NCBI GenBank assembly: GCA_014905635.1
Contig: JABVCE010000025.1
Span: forward strand, 62,001-126,000
DNA length: 64,000 bases
Source of the DNA: Scenedesmus sp. PABB004
Lineage: Eukaryota
Direction: 5' to 3'
Shown here: piece after piece, positions 35,858 through 48,197 of the stretch
How the letters are laid out: the number at the start of each line of letters is the position of its first letter
How positions within the stretch are numbered: the stretch's first letter is position 1
The notes under the pieces: generated by a model
Seen by the model: the letters and a program-made list of their open reading frames with translations, nothing else
The model's database searches: none
What the model was told of the DNA's origin: nothing
Made by a program: the position numbers and the translations under genes

Positions 35858-37964
35858 ATGGCAGCGCAGCAGGCCCAGGTCCATGAGGACTACGCGGGCG
35901 TCTCCAAGCTCGCCAAGTACCCCTTTGAGGTGCGCCCAGACCCCCAGCTGGCGCCGCGCGGGGCCCGGGTGGCGGGCCGCGCCGGGGCGCCAGGGTGCGG
36001 GCGGGATGGCGCAAACCGGCGCTCCCGGCCCCGCCGCGCGCCGCGGGCGCCTGCCAGCGGGCGCGGGAGCGTCTGGGGCGACGGGCCAGCGAACGCTCGT
36101 GCCGGCGCGGCGCTCGCGATCGCGGGCGCGGCGCGGGCGGCGCGTGTGGTGCCGGGGCGCCAGCGCCAGCTCCCCGGGCGCCGCGCCGGCCGGCGGGCCG
36201 GCGCGCGGCGCGGGAGCCTTGGTGATTGCCCCCTTCAGCTCTGGGCGGCGGCCGCGGGCCGCGGGCGCGCGGGGCGGGGGCGCCGCCGCCGCGCGCTCCG
36301 CCCGTCCCGGGGGCCGACCCGCGCCTCCGCCCCGCCGCCCTGCCCGCGCAGCCGTACTGGCCGGAGCGCCGCCTGAAGGTCGTGGTCACGGGCGCGGGCG
36401 GCTTCATCGCCTCCCACCTCGCCAAGCGCCTCCGCAGCGAGGGCCACTACGTCGTCGGCTGCGACTGGAAGCGCAACGAGCACATGACGGTGCGCGCCCG
36501 CACCGCGCGCGCGCCGCGCGGGCCCCGCCCCGCCGTGCCGCGCCGCGGCCGGCGCGCATGCATGCGCGTGCACACGCCTCGTGCCTCACCCTGCGCGTCC
36601 TCCTGCCCTCCCTCCCCGCCCCGCCTCCCCGCCCCGCCTCCCCAGGAGGACCAGTTCTGCGACGAGTTCCACCTGGTCGACCTGCGGCTGTTTGAGAACT
36701 GCCGCAAGGTCTGCGAGGGCGCGGACCACGTGTTCAACCTCGCCGCCGACATGGGCGGCATGGGTTTTATCCAGTCAAACCACAGCGTCATCCTCTACAA
36801 CAACACCATGATCTCCTACAACATGATGGAGGCCGCGCGCCAGGCCGGCATCACGCGGTGCGCGCGCCGCCGCCGCGGCTGGCACCCCTGTCGCGCCTAT
36901 GTCGCGCGCGCGGGCGCGCGCGCGCGCGCGCCTCGCCCGCCCGCCCGCCGCGCGGCCCGCCGACCCTCGCCCGCCCGCCCGCGCGCCGCCCGGCCGCCGC
37001 CAGCTTCTTCTACGCCAGCTCCGCCTGCATCTACCCGGAGCACAAGCAGCTCGACACGACGGTCGAGGGCGGCGGGCTCAAGGAGGCCGACGCGTGGCCG
37101 GCGCAGCCGCAGGACAGCTACGGCCTCGAGAAGCTCGCGACCGAGGAGCTGTGCATGCACTACAACCGCGACTTTGGCATTGAGTGCCGCATCGCGCGCT
37201 TCCACAACATCTACGGCCCCCACGGCACGTGGAAGGGCGGTCGCGAGAAGGCGCCCGCCGCGTTCTGCCGCAAGGTGCTCACGAGCAGCTCCGAGATCGA
37301 GATGTGGGGCGACGGGCAGCAGACGCGGAGCTTCACGTTCATCGACGACTGCGTCGAGGGCATCCTGCGCGTGACCAAGAGCGACTACCGTGAGCCGCTC
37401 AACCTCGGCAGCGACGAGATGGTCAGCATGAACGAGATGATGGCCCTCGCCATGGGCTTTGAGGACAAGGTGCGGCGCGCGGTGCACGCGGGGCCGGGCG
37501 GCGCGGGCAATTGCGGCGCGCGCGGACGCGGGCGGCGGCGGCGGCAGGGCAGCAGGCGCGGGCACGGGCGCGCGCGGCCGCCGACGTCCGCCCGTGCTCG
37601 GCCGCGCGCGGCCGCCCGCGCGCAGAAGCTGCCGATCAAGCACATCCCCGGCCCGGAGGGCGTGCGCGGGCGCAACAGCGACAACGAGCTCATCCTCGAG
37701 AAGCTCGGCTGGGCGCCGACCGTGTCGCTCGCCGACGGGCTGCGCCTGACCTACTTCTGGATCAAGGGCGAGATCGAGGCCGAGGTCGCGACGCGCGGCG
37801 CCGACGCGGCGGCCGCGTACGCGCACTCGACGGTCGTCAAGACCGGCGCGCCGACCGAGCTCGGCAGCCTGCGCAAGGCCGACGGCGAGGAGGGCTTTGG
37901 CGAGAAGGCCGCCGCCGCCGCCGCGGCCGCGACGGCCGCCGCCGCCGCGACCGCGACGGCGTGA
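35858..37964 (+). CDS. GME: GDP-mannose 3',5'-epimerase
   Basis: TGAGGFIASH, NLAADMGGMGFIQSNHSVI, YASSACIYP, YGLEK, GGREKAPAAFCRK and GPEGVRGRNSDN. Introns 35930-36351, 36490-36645, 36858-37003, 37470-37625. Confidence 0.97.
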
Positions 37965-38472
37965 GCGCGCGCGCGTGCGATCTTCGTTGCGGCCGGCGCC
38001 GCGGCGGGCGTGCATTGCGCCGCCGGGGGCCGGCGCTAGGCCAGGGCGAGCGAGGGCGGGCTCCGCTCGGGGCATCCACCGCGAGAGCGCGTGCACAGGC
38101 CGGCTCTGTGTACCTATGTCGGGATTGCTGCTGCTGCTTGGGCTCGCGCGTGCCATCATCGGGCCGCCGGCGACGCGCGGCGCCTGCATGGCACGCCGCC
38201 GCGTGCGCACACGCGGGGGCCGCCTGCGCTCGAGCGCGGCGGCCGCCGCTGGCGGCCACGCGCATACGGCTGAGCGGCACGCGCATTGAGGACTGCTGAT
38301 GCTGCGGGCGGGCGAGAGAGGGGGCTGCGGAGAGGAGGGGTGGCGCCTGGTGGTGGTTTGGTTTGCGTTGGCGGCGAGTAACCACTCCCGCCGTCCCGAG
38401 CGCACAGCCCCGCCGCCTGCCGCCTCCGCGACCGCCGCGCGCCGCGCCCCGCGCGCGCGCGCCGCCTGGAGC

Positions 38473-41382
38473 TCACGCCGCGCCGGCCACGCCGCGCGCC
38501 GCGGCGCTCTCCGCGGGCCGCGCGACGACGTTGCCCTCCTCGCGTGTGACCAGGACCTGGCCGGGCTTGGCGCCCTTGAACTTTTTGAGCGCCTCCGCGC
38601 GCGCGACGATCACGTCGGCCTTGCCCGCGACGCGCGCCTTGCTGAACCACGCGGCGAGGTCGGCCGCAAACTGCAGGTCGTCGCGCCCCGGCTCGCCCTG
38701 GCCCGGCTCGCGCCGGATGACGGTGTGGCTGCCCGGCAGGCCGCGCACGTGCATCCACAGGTCGCCCGGCTTGGCGACCTGGTGGCTGAGCACGTCGTTC
38801 TGCTTGTTGTTGCGCCCGACGAGCACCGTGAAGCCGCCGGGCGACACAAACGCGCGCAGCCCCGCGCCGCCCGCCGCGGCCGCGGCCGCGGCGAGCGCGC
38901 CGCCCGCCGCGCCGCCACCCGCGCGCGCGCCGGCCTGCTTGCGCGCGGCCTTTCGGCCCTTGGCGGCGGCCTTGGCGCTCAGCGCCGCCTCGGGCGGCGG
39001 CCTGATCACGCGCGCCTCAACCAGCTCCTCCTGCGCGGGCGGCGGGGGCGGCGGCGCCTGTGGGCCGCCGGCGCCGCCGCGAGCGGCGCGCTGCCCGCGC
39101 GCCCCCGGCTCCTTGGGCGGCGGGCCCGCGCGGCGCGCACCTGCACCTCCCGCAGCGCCGCCAGCTCCGCCTCGGCGCCGCCCGGAGGCATCTGCGCGAG
39201 CTCGAGCTCCACCTACGGCGCGGCGCGCGCGCGCCGTCGGCGCCGCCCGCCCCGCGCGGCCGGCCGGCCGGGGCCTGCCTGGCGCCTGGCGCCCCGCAAG
39301 CCGCGCCGCCCCTTCCACCGCTCCCTCCCTCGCCCCCATCCCTGGCCCGGCCGCCGCCTGGCTCACCGTCTCCAGGTATTCCAGCTCCTGCTGCGCGGCG
39401 CCGAGCAGCGGCGACACGGCGTCGACCGCGCGGCGCAGCTTGCGTGCGCGCTTGTACGTCGCCTCGGCCTGCTCCACCGGCGTCTTGTCGGGGTCCAGCG
39501 CCAGCGTCACCGCCTCGCCGCTGTCCCAGTCCTCCGCGACGAGCTCCGCCGCGCCGGGCTCGAGCCTGCGCGCAGCGGGAGGCGCGCGGCGGGCGGGCGC
39601 GCGCGGGGTCTGCGCCGGCGCGCGCTGCGCGGCGCCGCGCCCAGGCCTCGCTGCCGCGCCCCGAGCCCCGAGCCCTGAGCCCTGGAGCCTCGACCCCCGC
39701 ACCGATAGAGGTTTGCCATGATGATGTCGGCGCTGCGCTGCAGTGCCGCCGCGCCGTCCGCCGCGGCGAGCTGCTGCTCAAACGCGCGCACGCGCCCGCG
39801 CGCCTTTTTCAGCGCGCCGCGCACCGCCGCGCTCAGGCGCGTGTGCAGCGCGGCGTAGAGCTCGCCGGCCTGCAGCCCCCGGAAGACGCCGTCGAGCATG
39901 TCGTGCGCCGAGGCGTGCACCTCGGGCAGCGGGCGCAGGCCCAGCACGGTGAAGCGTCCGGTCGCGGGGCACGCGCTCGGCGCAAACGCGCCGCCCTCCA
40001 GCGCGGCCAGCCACGCGAGCCACGTGCCGTGCAGGGCCGCCCAGCCGGCGTCGCCGAGGTCGCCCGGTGCCGCGGCCGCGTCGACGCCCGCCGCCGCGCA
40101 CAGCTCCTGCACGAGCGCCGGACTCACGCCCATGTACGCCCGCGTCGCGCCCGCCAGCACGCTGCCGACGCCGCCGCCGCCGCCCCGCCGCTGCGCCGCG
40201 CCGCCCGCGCCGCGCTCGGCGGCGGCGAGCGCCGCGCCGCGCGTGACCGCGTCGCGCCACGCGTCCGCGGGCTCGGCGGCGCTCGGCGGCACGCCGCTCA
40301 CGCGCGGCGGCAGCGTATAGGTCCGGCCCTGCTGCACCTGGCGCAGGCTGGACATCGCGCCGCCGACCTGCGCGGCGCGGGGCACGCGGGGCGCGCGGGT
40401 CGGCGCGCCCGCCGCCGCTGCAGCCCGAGCCGCCCGCCCGCCCCGCACGTGGGCCCGGCCGCCGCCGCGCCTGGAAGGCCGCGGCCAGGATGGCGTCGTC
40501 GTCGCCCGAGGTCAGCACCACGTTGCTGTACCTGCGCGCGGCGCGCAGCACAGCGTGGGCGCGAGCGCGCGCCGCCGCGGCTCTGCCGGCAGCGACCGGC
40601 GGCGCGCCGCCGGCGCCGGGCGGGCCCTGGCCGGTGCCGCGCCCCAGCTCAGCGCAGCGCAGCCCCTCACTTGGCCATGATCTCGCAGAACAGCCGCCGC
40701 GCCGCGGGCTCGCCCGGGCGCGGCCCGAATTCGAGCCGCGCCACGCGCTCCCACGGCGCCGGCAGGTCGGCGCGCAGCAGCACGAGGCCCTTGAGCTGGG
40801 CGCTCGCCTGCGCCGCAAACGAAAACGCCTCGGCCACGTCGCCGCGCGGCGGCGGCTGGCCCATGCACACGCGCGCCGCGACGGGGTGCCAGCTCAGGTG
40901 CAGCCAGCCCTGCGCGAGCGGCGTGCGCAGCCGCAGCGCGAGCGTGCAGCGGTCCGGCTGCACCACCTGCGGCGGCGCCGCGGCGCCGGGACGGGCGCGG
41001 GCCGCGTCGGCGGCGGAAGAAGGCGTGCGGCGCGCGCGCGTGCTCGTCCCCCGCCCCCCGCTGCGCGCCGCACCTCCTCGACCTTGCTCGGCACCCACGC
41101 GCCCGACAGCTCGTGGCAGCACGCCGCCAGCGCCGTGTAGTCAACCGTCTGCTGCTTCGCGTGCGCCGCCGGCTGCGGCTGCCCCACAGCCTGCTCGCCA
41201 GCCTGGGCGGGCCGCGCCGGCGCGCCGAGCGCCGCCGCGCCGCCAGCGGCGCGCGCCGCCGCGCGCGGCCAGCGCGGCAGCTGCTGCCGCCGGCCGCCAC
41301 GCGCCAGCGCGGCCCATGCGCTGAGCGCCATCGGTGGTGGCCGACGCCCCGCTGCCGCAGGCGGGGCGCGGGGCGCCAGCAT
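38473..41382 (-). CDS. rqcH: Organellar (probably plastid) NFACT/FbpA/RqcH-family ribosome quality-control protein
   Basis: VDYTAL, LSWHP, WERV, CEIMAKYSNVVL, YMGVSP, YKRARKLRR, VGRNNKQND and DLWMHVRGLPGSH. Introns 41073-40967, 40670-40532, 40470-40368 (GC-AG), 39702-39566, 39366-39213, 39140-39031. Confidence 0.9.
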
Positions 41383-41730
41383 GGGGGGCCGCAGCAGCGG
41401 CAGCGGCGGCGGCAGCGGCGGCACCGCGCGGCGTGGCGGGCGAGCGACGCCGTGCCGCCGGGCGCTTGCGGTGGACTCAGGCGTGAGTGCTTGACGGACT
41501 GGCATGCGGTGGTGGCGCGTGGGGCGCGCGATTGTGGTGGCGGGGCGGAGCGCGCAAAGCCCATGGCCTTGCGCGCTCGCGCGCGCCCGCCCACGCCCGG
41601 ACCGGTGGACACAGAGATCTCCCACTCACCGATCTCTCCCCGCGGCCTCGCACGCCGCGTTTGCGTCGGCGCACGCCTGCTGCTGTCAGCAGCAGGCCTC
41701 TGGTGCCGGCCGGCCGTCCCGAGCGTAGAA

Positions 41731-42632
41731 ATGCTGCTGGGGCCCGCTCATTGGCGGGGGCCGGCGACGGCGTCGCAGCCAGCGCGCCGCCGCGGCGCGG
41801 CCCGGCCCGGCGGTGCTGGCGCGCCGGCGGCAGCAGCGGCACCGCTGCCGCTGCTGCGCCGCCGCGGCCGGCGCGGCCCGCCTGGGGCGGCGGCGTCGCT
41901 CAACGACCCGCCCGCGCCCGCGCCGGGCGGCCTGGACGAGGTGGAGGCGGAGACGGCGGCGCGGCTGGGCTGGGACCCGGCGGGGCTGCTGCCGCCGCTG
42001 CAGCAGGTCGGCGCGACCGACCATTTTGAGCGGCGCGCGCGGCAGCGGCGCCAGGCGCAGCAGGAGCAGCAGGGGCAGCAGCCGGCGCAGCAGGGGGCGG
42101 AGCCGGCCGCAGCAGCTGCTGCGAGCCCGGTGGCAGCAGCACCGCCAGCAGCGCCATCGCCGCCGGCGCCGGCGCCGCCGGCGCAGGCCTACACCCAGGC
42201 CGTGCGGCCGGAGCAGCAGCAGCCGCCGCCGGCGCCCGCGCCGCCGCCGCCGTCGCCGCCGGCCGCGCCCGCGCCCGCGCCCGCGCCCGGGCCGGCGGCG
42301 GCGGCGTTCAGCAGCGCGGCCGACCCTGTCGAGCGCATCCCCGCGCGCTGGCTCGCCGAGGGCGGGCTGCCCGCGGGCGACGCGGCCGCGTACGATCGCC
42401 GCGCGTTTGTGGCCAAGCTCGCCGAGAAGTTCATCCCGATCGACCTCGACTTCCCGGGCCTGCGCATCGTGAACTTTGACCCCGCGATCTTCACGGTCGA
42501 CGGCTTTGTCAGCCACCAGGACTGCGAGGCCTGGATGGCGCACGCCGACGCCTCGGGTGCGCGGCGGCGCGCGACCCCGTACGCACGCGCGGCGGGCGGC
42601 AGGCGCTGCCGGCCGCCGCCGCCGACCCGGCT

Positions 42633-42663
<31 letters not shown>

Positions 42664-43929
42664 ACGCCGCGCGCGCAGGCTGCCTGCAGCAGAGCAAGAT
42701 CGGCGGCGGCAACGCGGCGACCGCGGGCGGCGCCAACACATACGGCGCGCGCCGCACGTCGAGCTCGCTGCTGATGGACCCGGAGACGCAGGCCAGGTCG
42801 CCGGCGCTGACGGCGCTGATGGGCGCGATGCAGGCGCGCGGGCACGCGCTGCTCGCGCACGCCGACGCGGGGCGCAGCTGGGGCGCGCCGGGGCGCATGC
42901 CCGCGGGCGGGCAGTACTGCTACGAGTCGCCCCAGGTCGCGCGGTGAGCAGCGGCGGCGCCGCCGCGCAGCGCGCCGCCGCGACCAGCCCCGCCGCCGCG
43001 GCGCGCCGCCGACACCGCGCCGCCACTCCCGACCCGGCCCGCGGCGGCGGCCAGCTACACGGCGGGGCAGCACTTTCTCGCGCACGAGGACGCCTTCCCC
43101 GCGCTGCTCGCGGGCGCCAACGGCTTCCAGCGCCACGCCACGCTGCTGCTGTACCTCAACTCTGTCGCGCAGGCGCGGCGCGCCCACGCGGGCGCTGCTT
43201 CCCCGCCGCGCCGCGCCCGCCGCGGCCGGCCCCCGCCCCGGGCGGGGCAGGGCGCCCCGCCCCGCCGCGCGCGCCGCGGCGAGCCCCACGCCCCCGCGCG
43301 CCGCCCCGCGCCGCCGCAGGGCGGCGCGACGCACTTTGACGCGCTCGGCATCAGCGTGGCGCCGCGGCAGGGCATGGCGCTGCTGTTTTTCCCGGCCTTT
43401 GCCAACGGCACGGCCGACCCGCGGTGCGGCGCGCGCACCGCCCGCGCGCGCGGCCCCCGCCGCCCGGCGCTCCGGCGGCTCAGCCGCCCGCCCGCCCGCG
43501 TGTGCGTGCCAGGTCGCTCCACACGGCGCAGGACGCGGTGGACACCAAGTGGGTCATGCAGCAGGTGCGGCGCGCGCCTGCGCCGCGCCGCGCCCGCCCC
43601 TCATCCTCCCGTCTGCCTGCTCACCGCCCCCGCCGCCCCGCCGCCCGCCACCCCCCGCCCGCTGCCCCGCCGCCCGCCGCCCCGCCGCCCGCCGCCAGTG
43701 GGTCGCGCGCGGCTACCCGGTGCCGCAGGCGGTGCTCAAGGCGGTGCGCGTCGCGGCGCTCGCGGAGGCGAGCGGCGAGGCTGCGGCGGCGCCGGTGCGC
43801 GAGGTCTTCCGCGTCGCGGCGGCGCCCAGCGGCGGCGCCAGCGGCGGCGCCAAGAAGGCGCGCAAGGGCGGCGGCGGCGGCGGCGCGAAGAAGGGCGGCG
43901 GCGCCAAGAAGGGCTTCAGCCGGCGGTGA
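41731..43929 (+). CDS. Prolyl 4-hydroxylase-like 2OG-Fe(II) oxygenase, probable organellar targeting
   Basis: DPAIFTVDGF, RRTSS, ESPQVARY, HED, LLYLN|GGATHF, SLH and KWVMQQW. Introns 42557-42678, 42944-43054, 43173-43319 (GC-AG), 43424-43512, 43565-43698. Confidence 0.88.
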
Positions 43930-44059
43930 CGGGCGGGTGTGCTCGGCGCGTCGCGCGTTACATTTTTCTCCAGCCAGTACGGCCTCGAGCGCCGCGCTTG
44001 GGCGAGTAACACGCACGCGACACGTGCGCACATCGTCGAGCTCGCTGCGCCGCCGGCTG

Positions 44060-45030
44060 CTACGCCGCCTGCTGCTCCGCCCCCGCGCCGGCCCCCGCAC
44101 TGCCTCCGCCGCCCGCACCACCGGCGCCGCCGCCGCCGGCGCTGCCCGCGGCGCGCGGCGCGGTGCCGCGCCCCACGCGCGCGGTGCTGCCGCGCAGCGT
44201 GCGGCGCACGGCGACGGCAAGCTCGACCTGGCGCCCCTCCGCGTCGCGGAGGTTTAGCGGGACCTTGAAGCTGCCAAAGCCCCGGATCGGCTCCGCCGCG
44301 TGCATCATGATCATCCCCGGCGGCAGCTCCACCTTGAGCTGCCGCGCCGCGAGCGCCGCGAGCTGGCGCGGCGTGACGGCGCCGAGCATCGCCTGCTCCG
44401 GGTGCGCGCGGCTCGCGCGCCGGCTGACGACGAGCTCGCGGCTCGACAGCAGCGCCGCGATCTGCGGCAGCTGCTGCTCCGGCGGCAGCGTCGCCGGGTC
44501 GGCGCGCGCCGCGCCGGCGCCGGCGGCGCCGCCGCGCTGCGCGTCGGCCGCCGCGAGCGCCTCGCCCGAGAGCACGCCCGCCGCCTTGAGCCGGCGCAGC
44601 ACGGGCGGGATGGCGTAGTCGGCCAGGCCCTGGGGAAAGAGCGTGTAGCGCGCGTGCCCCGCCTTGACCGTCACGACGTCGCCGCGCCGCCCGAGCGTGG
44701 CGTGGTCCTGCGACACGCGGGCGGCGGCGGCGACGGCAGCGGCGCGCGGTCGCGGCGGCGAGCCGGCGGCGGCTGCTGCCGCCCATGCGCGCGGTCCCCC
44801 AGCGCCGCGCTCTCGCCGTCACGAGCACGCAGGCGCACCTCCAGGAGCACCATGCGCACTGTGTGCTTCGCCCGCCGCTGCGGCTGCTGCTGCTGCTGCT
44901 GCCGCTGCGCCGCCGCCGCTGCGGCCGCGGCCGAGCCGCTGCTGCCCAGGGCGTACGGCACGGCACGAACGCCCGCCAAGCACGGCTGCGCGGCCGCCAG
45001 GGCCCGGAGCGCGCTGACCAGCAGCGCCAT
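44060..45030 (-). CDS. RPL9: Organellar (probably mitochondrial) ribosomal protein bL9
   Basis: VRMVLLE|DHATLGRRGDVVTVKAGHARYTLFPQGLA and PIRGFGSFKVPL. Intron 44838-44708. Confidence 0.88.
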
Positions 45031-45412
45031 CGATCTGCAGCGCCGCGCCGCAGGCTGCTGTGCACGAGCTGAGAGGCCGGCGCGTTGCACGCCTCAAGAT
45101 CGTCGATGACTTTCTCAATGCGCGCGCGCGAGGAACGCAGCGCTCCCGGTGGCGCAGCTGGCAGCGAGCGCTGCTGCTGCTTTCGGCGGCGGCTGTGGGC
45201 CAGCGCGGGGGGCCTGGCTCGCCGCTGGCGGGCTCACGATCGTTGGCAGGCAGGACTCTGGCCCGAGGTCGGCGGCGCGCCGCTCGTTACGCTGAGCCGC
45301 GCCGCCGCGTTTCAGTGGCGCCGATCGTGGGCGCCGAGCGGCAGCTTCAGGCGCCCGCTCCCTGAGCAGGATCACACGCGCCGCACTGGAGCGCGCCGCC
45401 GCCACCGCCGGC

Positions 45413-48124
45413 TCACCGCCGCCCCGACCGCCGCGAGCCGGCGCCCGCCTCGGCCTCGCGCTCGCGCGCGCCGCCGCTGAGCGCGCCGGCCAGCGCGCCC
45501 TGCAGCAGCCGGTGGCGCCCCCGCGGCGGCGCGGCGGGCGCGGCGGGCGCGTCGCGTGCGCCGCGGCCGTCGTCGCGCTTGTCGTCGTCCCCGCGCCCGC
45601 CCAGCCTGCTGGCGATGCTGGGGCGCTCGGCGGGCTGCTGCTGCGCGGCGGGGCTCGCCGAGCCGCCGCCGGCGCGGCGGGAGCGGCTGCCGCTGCGCGC
45701 GCGCTTCGGCCGCGACGGCGAGCCCGCGTCGCGGTCGCGCTGCTCCCTGCTGCGGCTGCTGCGCCGGCGCCGGCCTGCGCAGGGTGGCGGCGGCGGCGGC
45801 GGCGGCGGCGGCAGAGGGTGACCAACGGCGGCCGGCGCGCGCAGATGGCTGGCAGCGGCCGCCGCATCGCGCCCCCGGGCGCGGGCGGGGGGCTCACCGT
45901 CGCCCTCGCGGCTGCGGCTGCGGCTGCGGTGGCGGTCGGAGCGGTGGCGCTTGCGGCCCTTGCGGTCGCGCCGCTCGCGCCGCTCGCGGCTGCGGCTGCG
46001 GCTGCGCGTCGCGCGCTCGCGCCGCCGGCCGCCGCCAGCCGCGTCGCCGGCCGCCTCCTCCTGCTGCTGCTTCTCCGCCGCATCGTTTGCATCGTCCTCC
46101 TCCTCGCCAAAGTCCAGCACCTCCTCAGCGTCCTCCTCCTCGTCAGCCGCCGGCCCCGAGGAGGCGGCTGCCCGCGCGGCGGGAGACGCGGAGCGGCGGC
46201 CGCTGCCGCCGCTCTGCTCGGGCGCCGCGGGCGCGCCGGGGCTGGCAGAGCGCTGCGCGCCCACGCGGCTGGCGACGGGCCGCCGCTTGGCCGCCAGCGC
46301 CTCGCTGGCCGCCGCCGTCATCACGGCGGCGTCGCTGGGCTCCCCTGCGCCCCTGCCAGCGACCGGCTCCTCCGACCCAGCAGCCGCCGGCGCCGCCTCC
46401 GCCTCCAGGCCCTGCGAGGCAGTCCTGCGGCAGCACGGCAACAGGCAGCGGCGCCGGCGTCACAGCGAGCCCAGCAGCAGCAGCAGCAGCAGCAGCAGGA
46501 GCAGCTGCAGCAGCAGCAGCAGCTGTTGCTGCAATGCGATGCATGTGGGTGCGAACAATGCCGCTGCCCAACAGGGTGTGGGCCCCTGTCGCTGCCCACA
46601 GACAGCCCGCCTGGCTGCCGGTGGTGGGCCAGATGGCTCTCTGTATGATCAGGTTACCGGGCACACGCCGCACACCACACCACGCAGCACACAGCACCGC
46701 AGCCGGACGCGGAGCACACACAGCGCAGGCGGGGCACGTGCGCGCGAGAGCACGCAGCTCGATGCAAGCGCGGCTGCGCCCAGCGCACGACCCTCGCTTG
46801 GGCGCAGCGCCGCTGCCGGCGCCGGTGCCGCTGCCGCCGGCTCGCCGCGCCAGCCCCCGCCCCTGCTTACCTGTGCCTCCACCTGCGCCCCGCCTCCCCG
46901 CTGCGCTGCCATGTGACAGCGGCTCGCAGCGTGCGGGCGCACACACGCGCCGCGCCGCGGACCCCGCGCTCGCCACACCTGTCGTTCCCGCCCGCCGGCG
47001 ACGCCGCGCCTGCCTCGCCGTCCACACGCGGGCTGCCGCTGCGGCTGCGCCGCCGCGCCCGCTTGTGCTCGCGCTCCTGCTGCTGCCGCCCGCGCTCGTC
47101 CGCCTCGTTGCTCGCCGCCGCGTCGCCGCGCCTGTGTCGGCTGCTGCGGCGCTCGCGGCTGCGGCTCCTGCTGCGGCTGCGGCGGCTCCCGCGCTCCTGC
47201 AGGGCGGGCAGGCGGGCGGCAGGGGCGAGGCTTGCGCGCAGACGGGGGGGGGGGGGGGCAAAGGGCAACGCTGCCGCTGATGGTCGCGCGGCGCGCGCGG
47301 CGCGTCGCCCACCTGCCGGTGCCGCCGGCTGTCGTCGCGCCGCGAGCGCTCACGCGAGCGCGAGCGGGTGGGCGAGCGGGAGCGCCGCCTGCGCAGCGCA
47401 GGCGGTGCGGGGTGGCCGCGTTGCAACGTGAACGCCGGCCGCGAGGCGCCGCAGCCGCCGCCGCAGCGGCCGCCGCCGCCGCCGCACCTGCGCCGCCCGC
47501 CCTCGCCCTCCTGCGCCGCGCCACGGTCCTCCGAGCGCGCGCGCTCCGCCGCCGGCGGGGGCGCTGCGGGGCGGTAGCGCGCCAGCAGCGCGCCAAACTC
47601 GTCGGGCGTGAGCGGCCGCTCCGGCAGGAAGGCGGTGCGCAGGTCCTTGATCGTCCAGCGCGCGTACGGCCCCCGCGGGCCCATCAGAATGTCCCGGCAG
47701 TACGACAGCGCCAGCGCTGCCGAGGGCTCGGGCGCGCCTACGGCGGCAGCGCGCGCGGTGCTCGGCGGGGCGCCGCCGGGCGCGCGCGCGCGAGGAAACG
47801 CGGCGCGGCGCTGAGAACTACAGCCCCGGCCCCGCCGCGTCCACGCGAGGCCTCACCTGCGCCGCCAATCCCTGGGCGCTGCTGCTGCTGCTGCTGCGGC
47901 GGCGGCGGCTTGAGTGGCGACAGCACGGCGGGCTGCGCCTTGCGGGGCAGCTCTGTTTTCGCGCCCACGTGCGCGCTGCCGCCGGCCCCTGCGGACGGGG
48001 CCATGCTGTCGTCGTCCTCCTCAAACACCAGTGGGTTGCTGCTGGTCGCCGCCGCCGCACCACTGTCAGCCGCCGCCTGCGATCCCTGCCCCGGCTGCTG
48101 CTGGTCCTGCTCCTGCAGGCCCGG

Positions 48125-48197
<73 letters not shown>

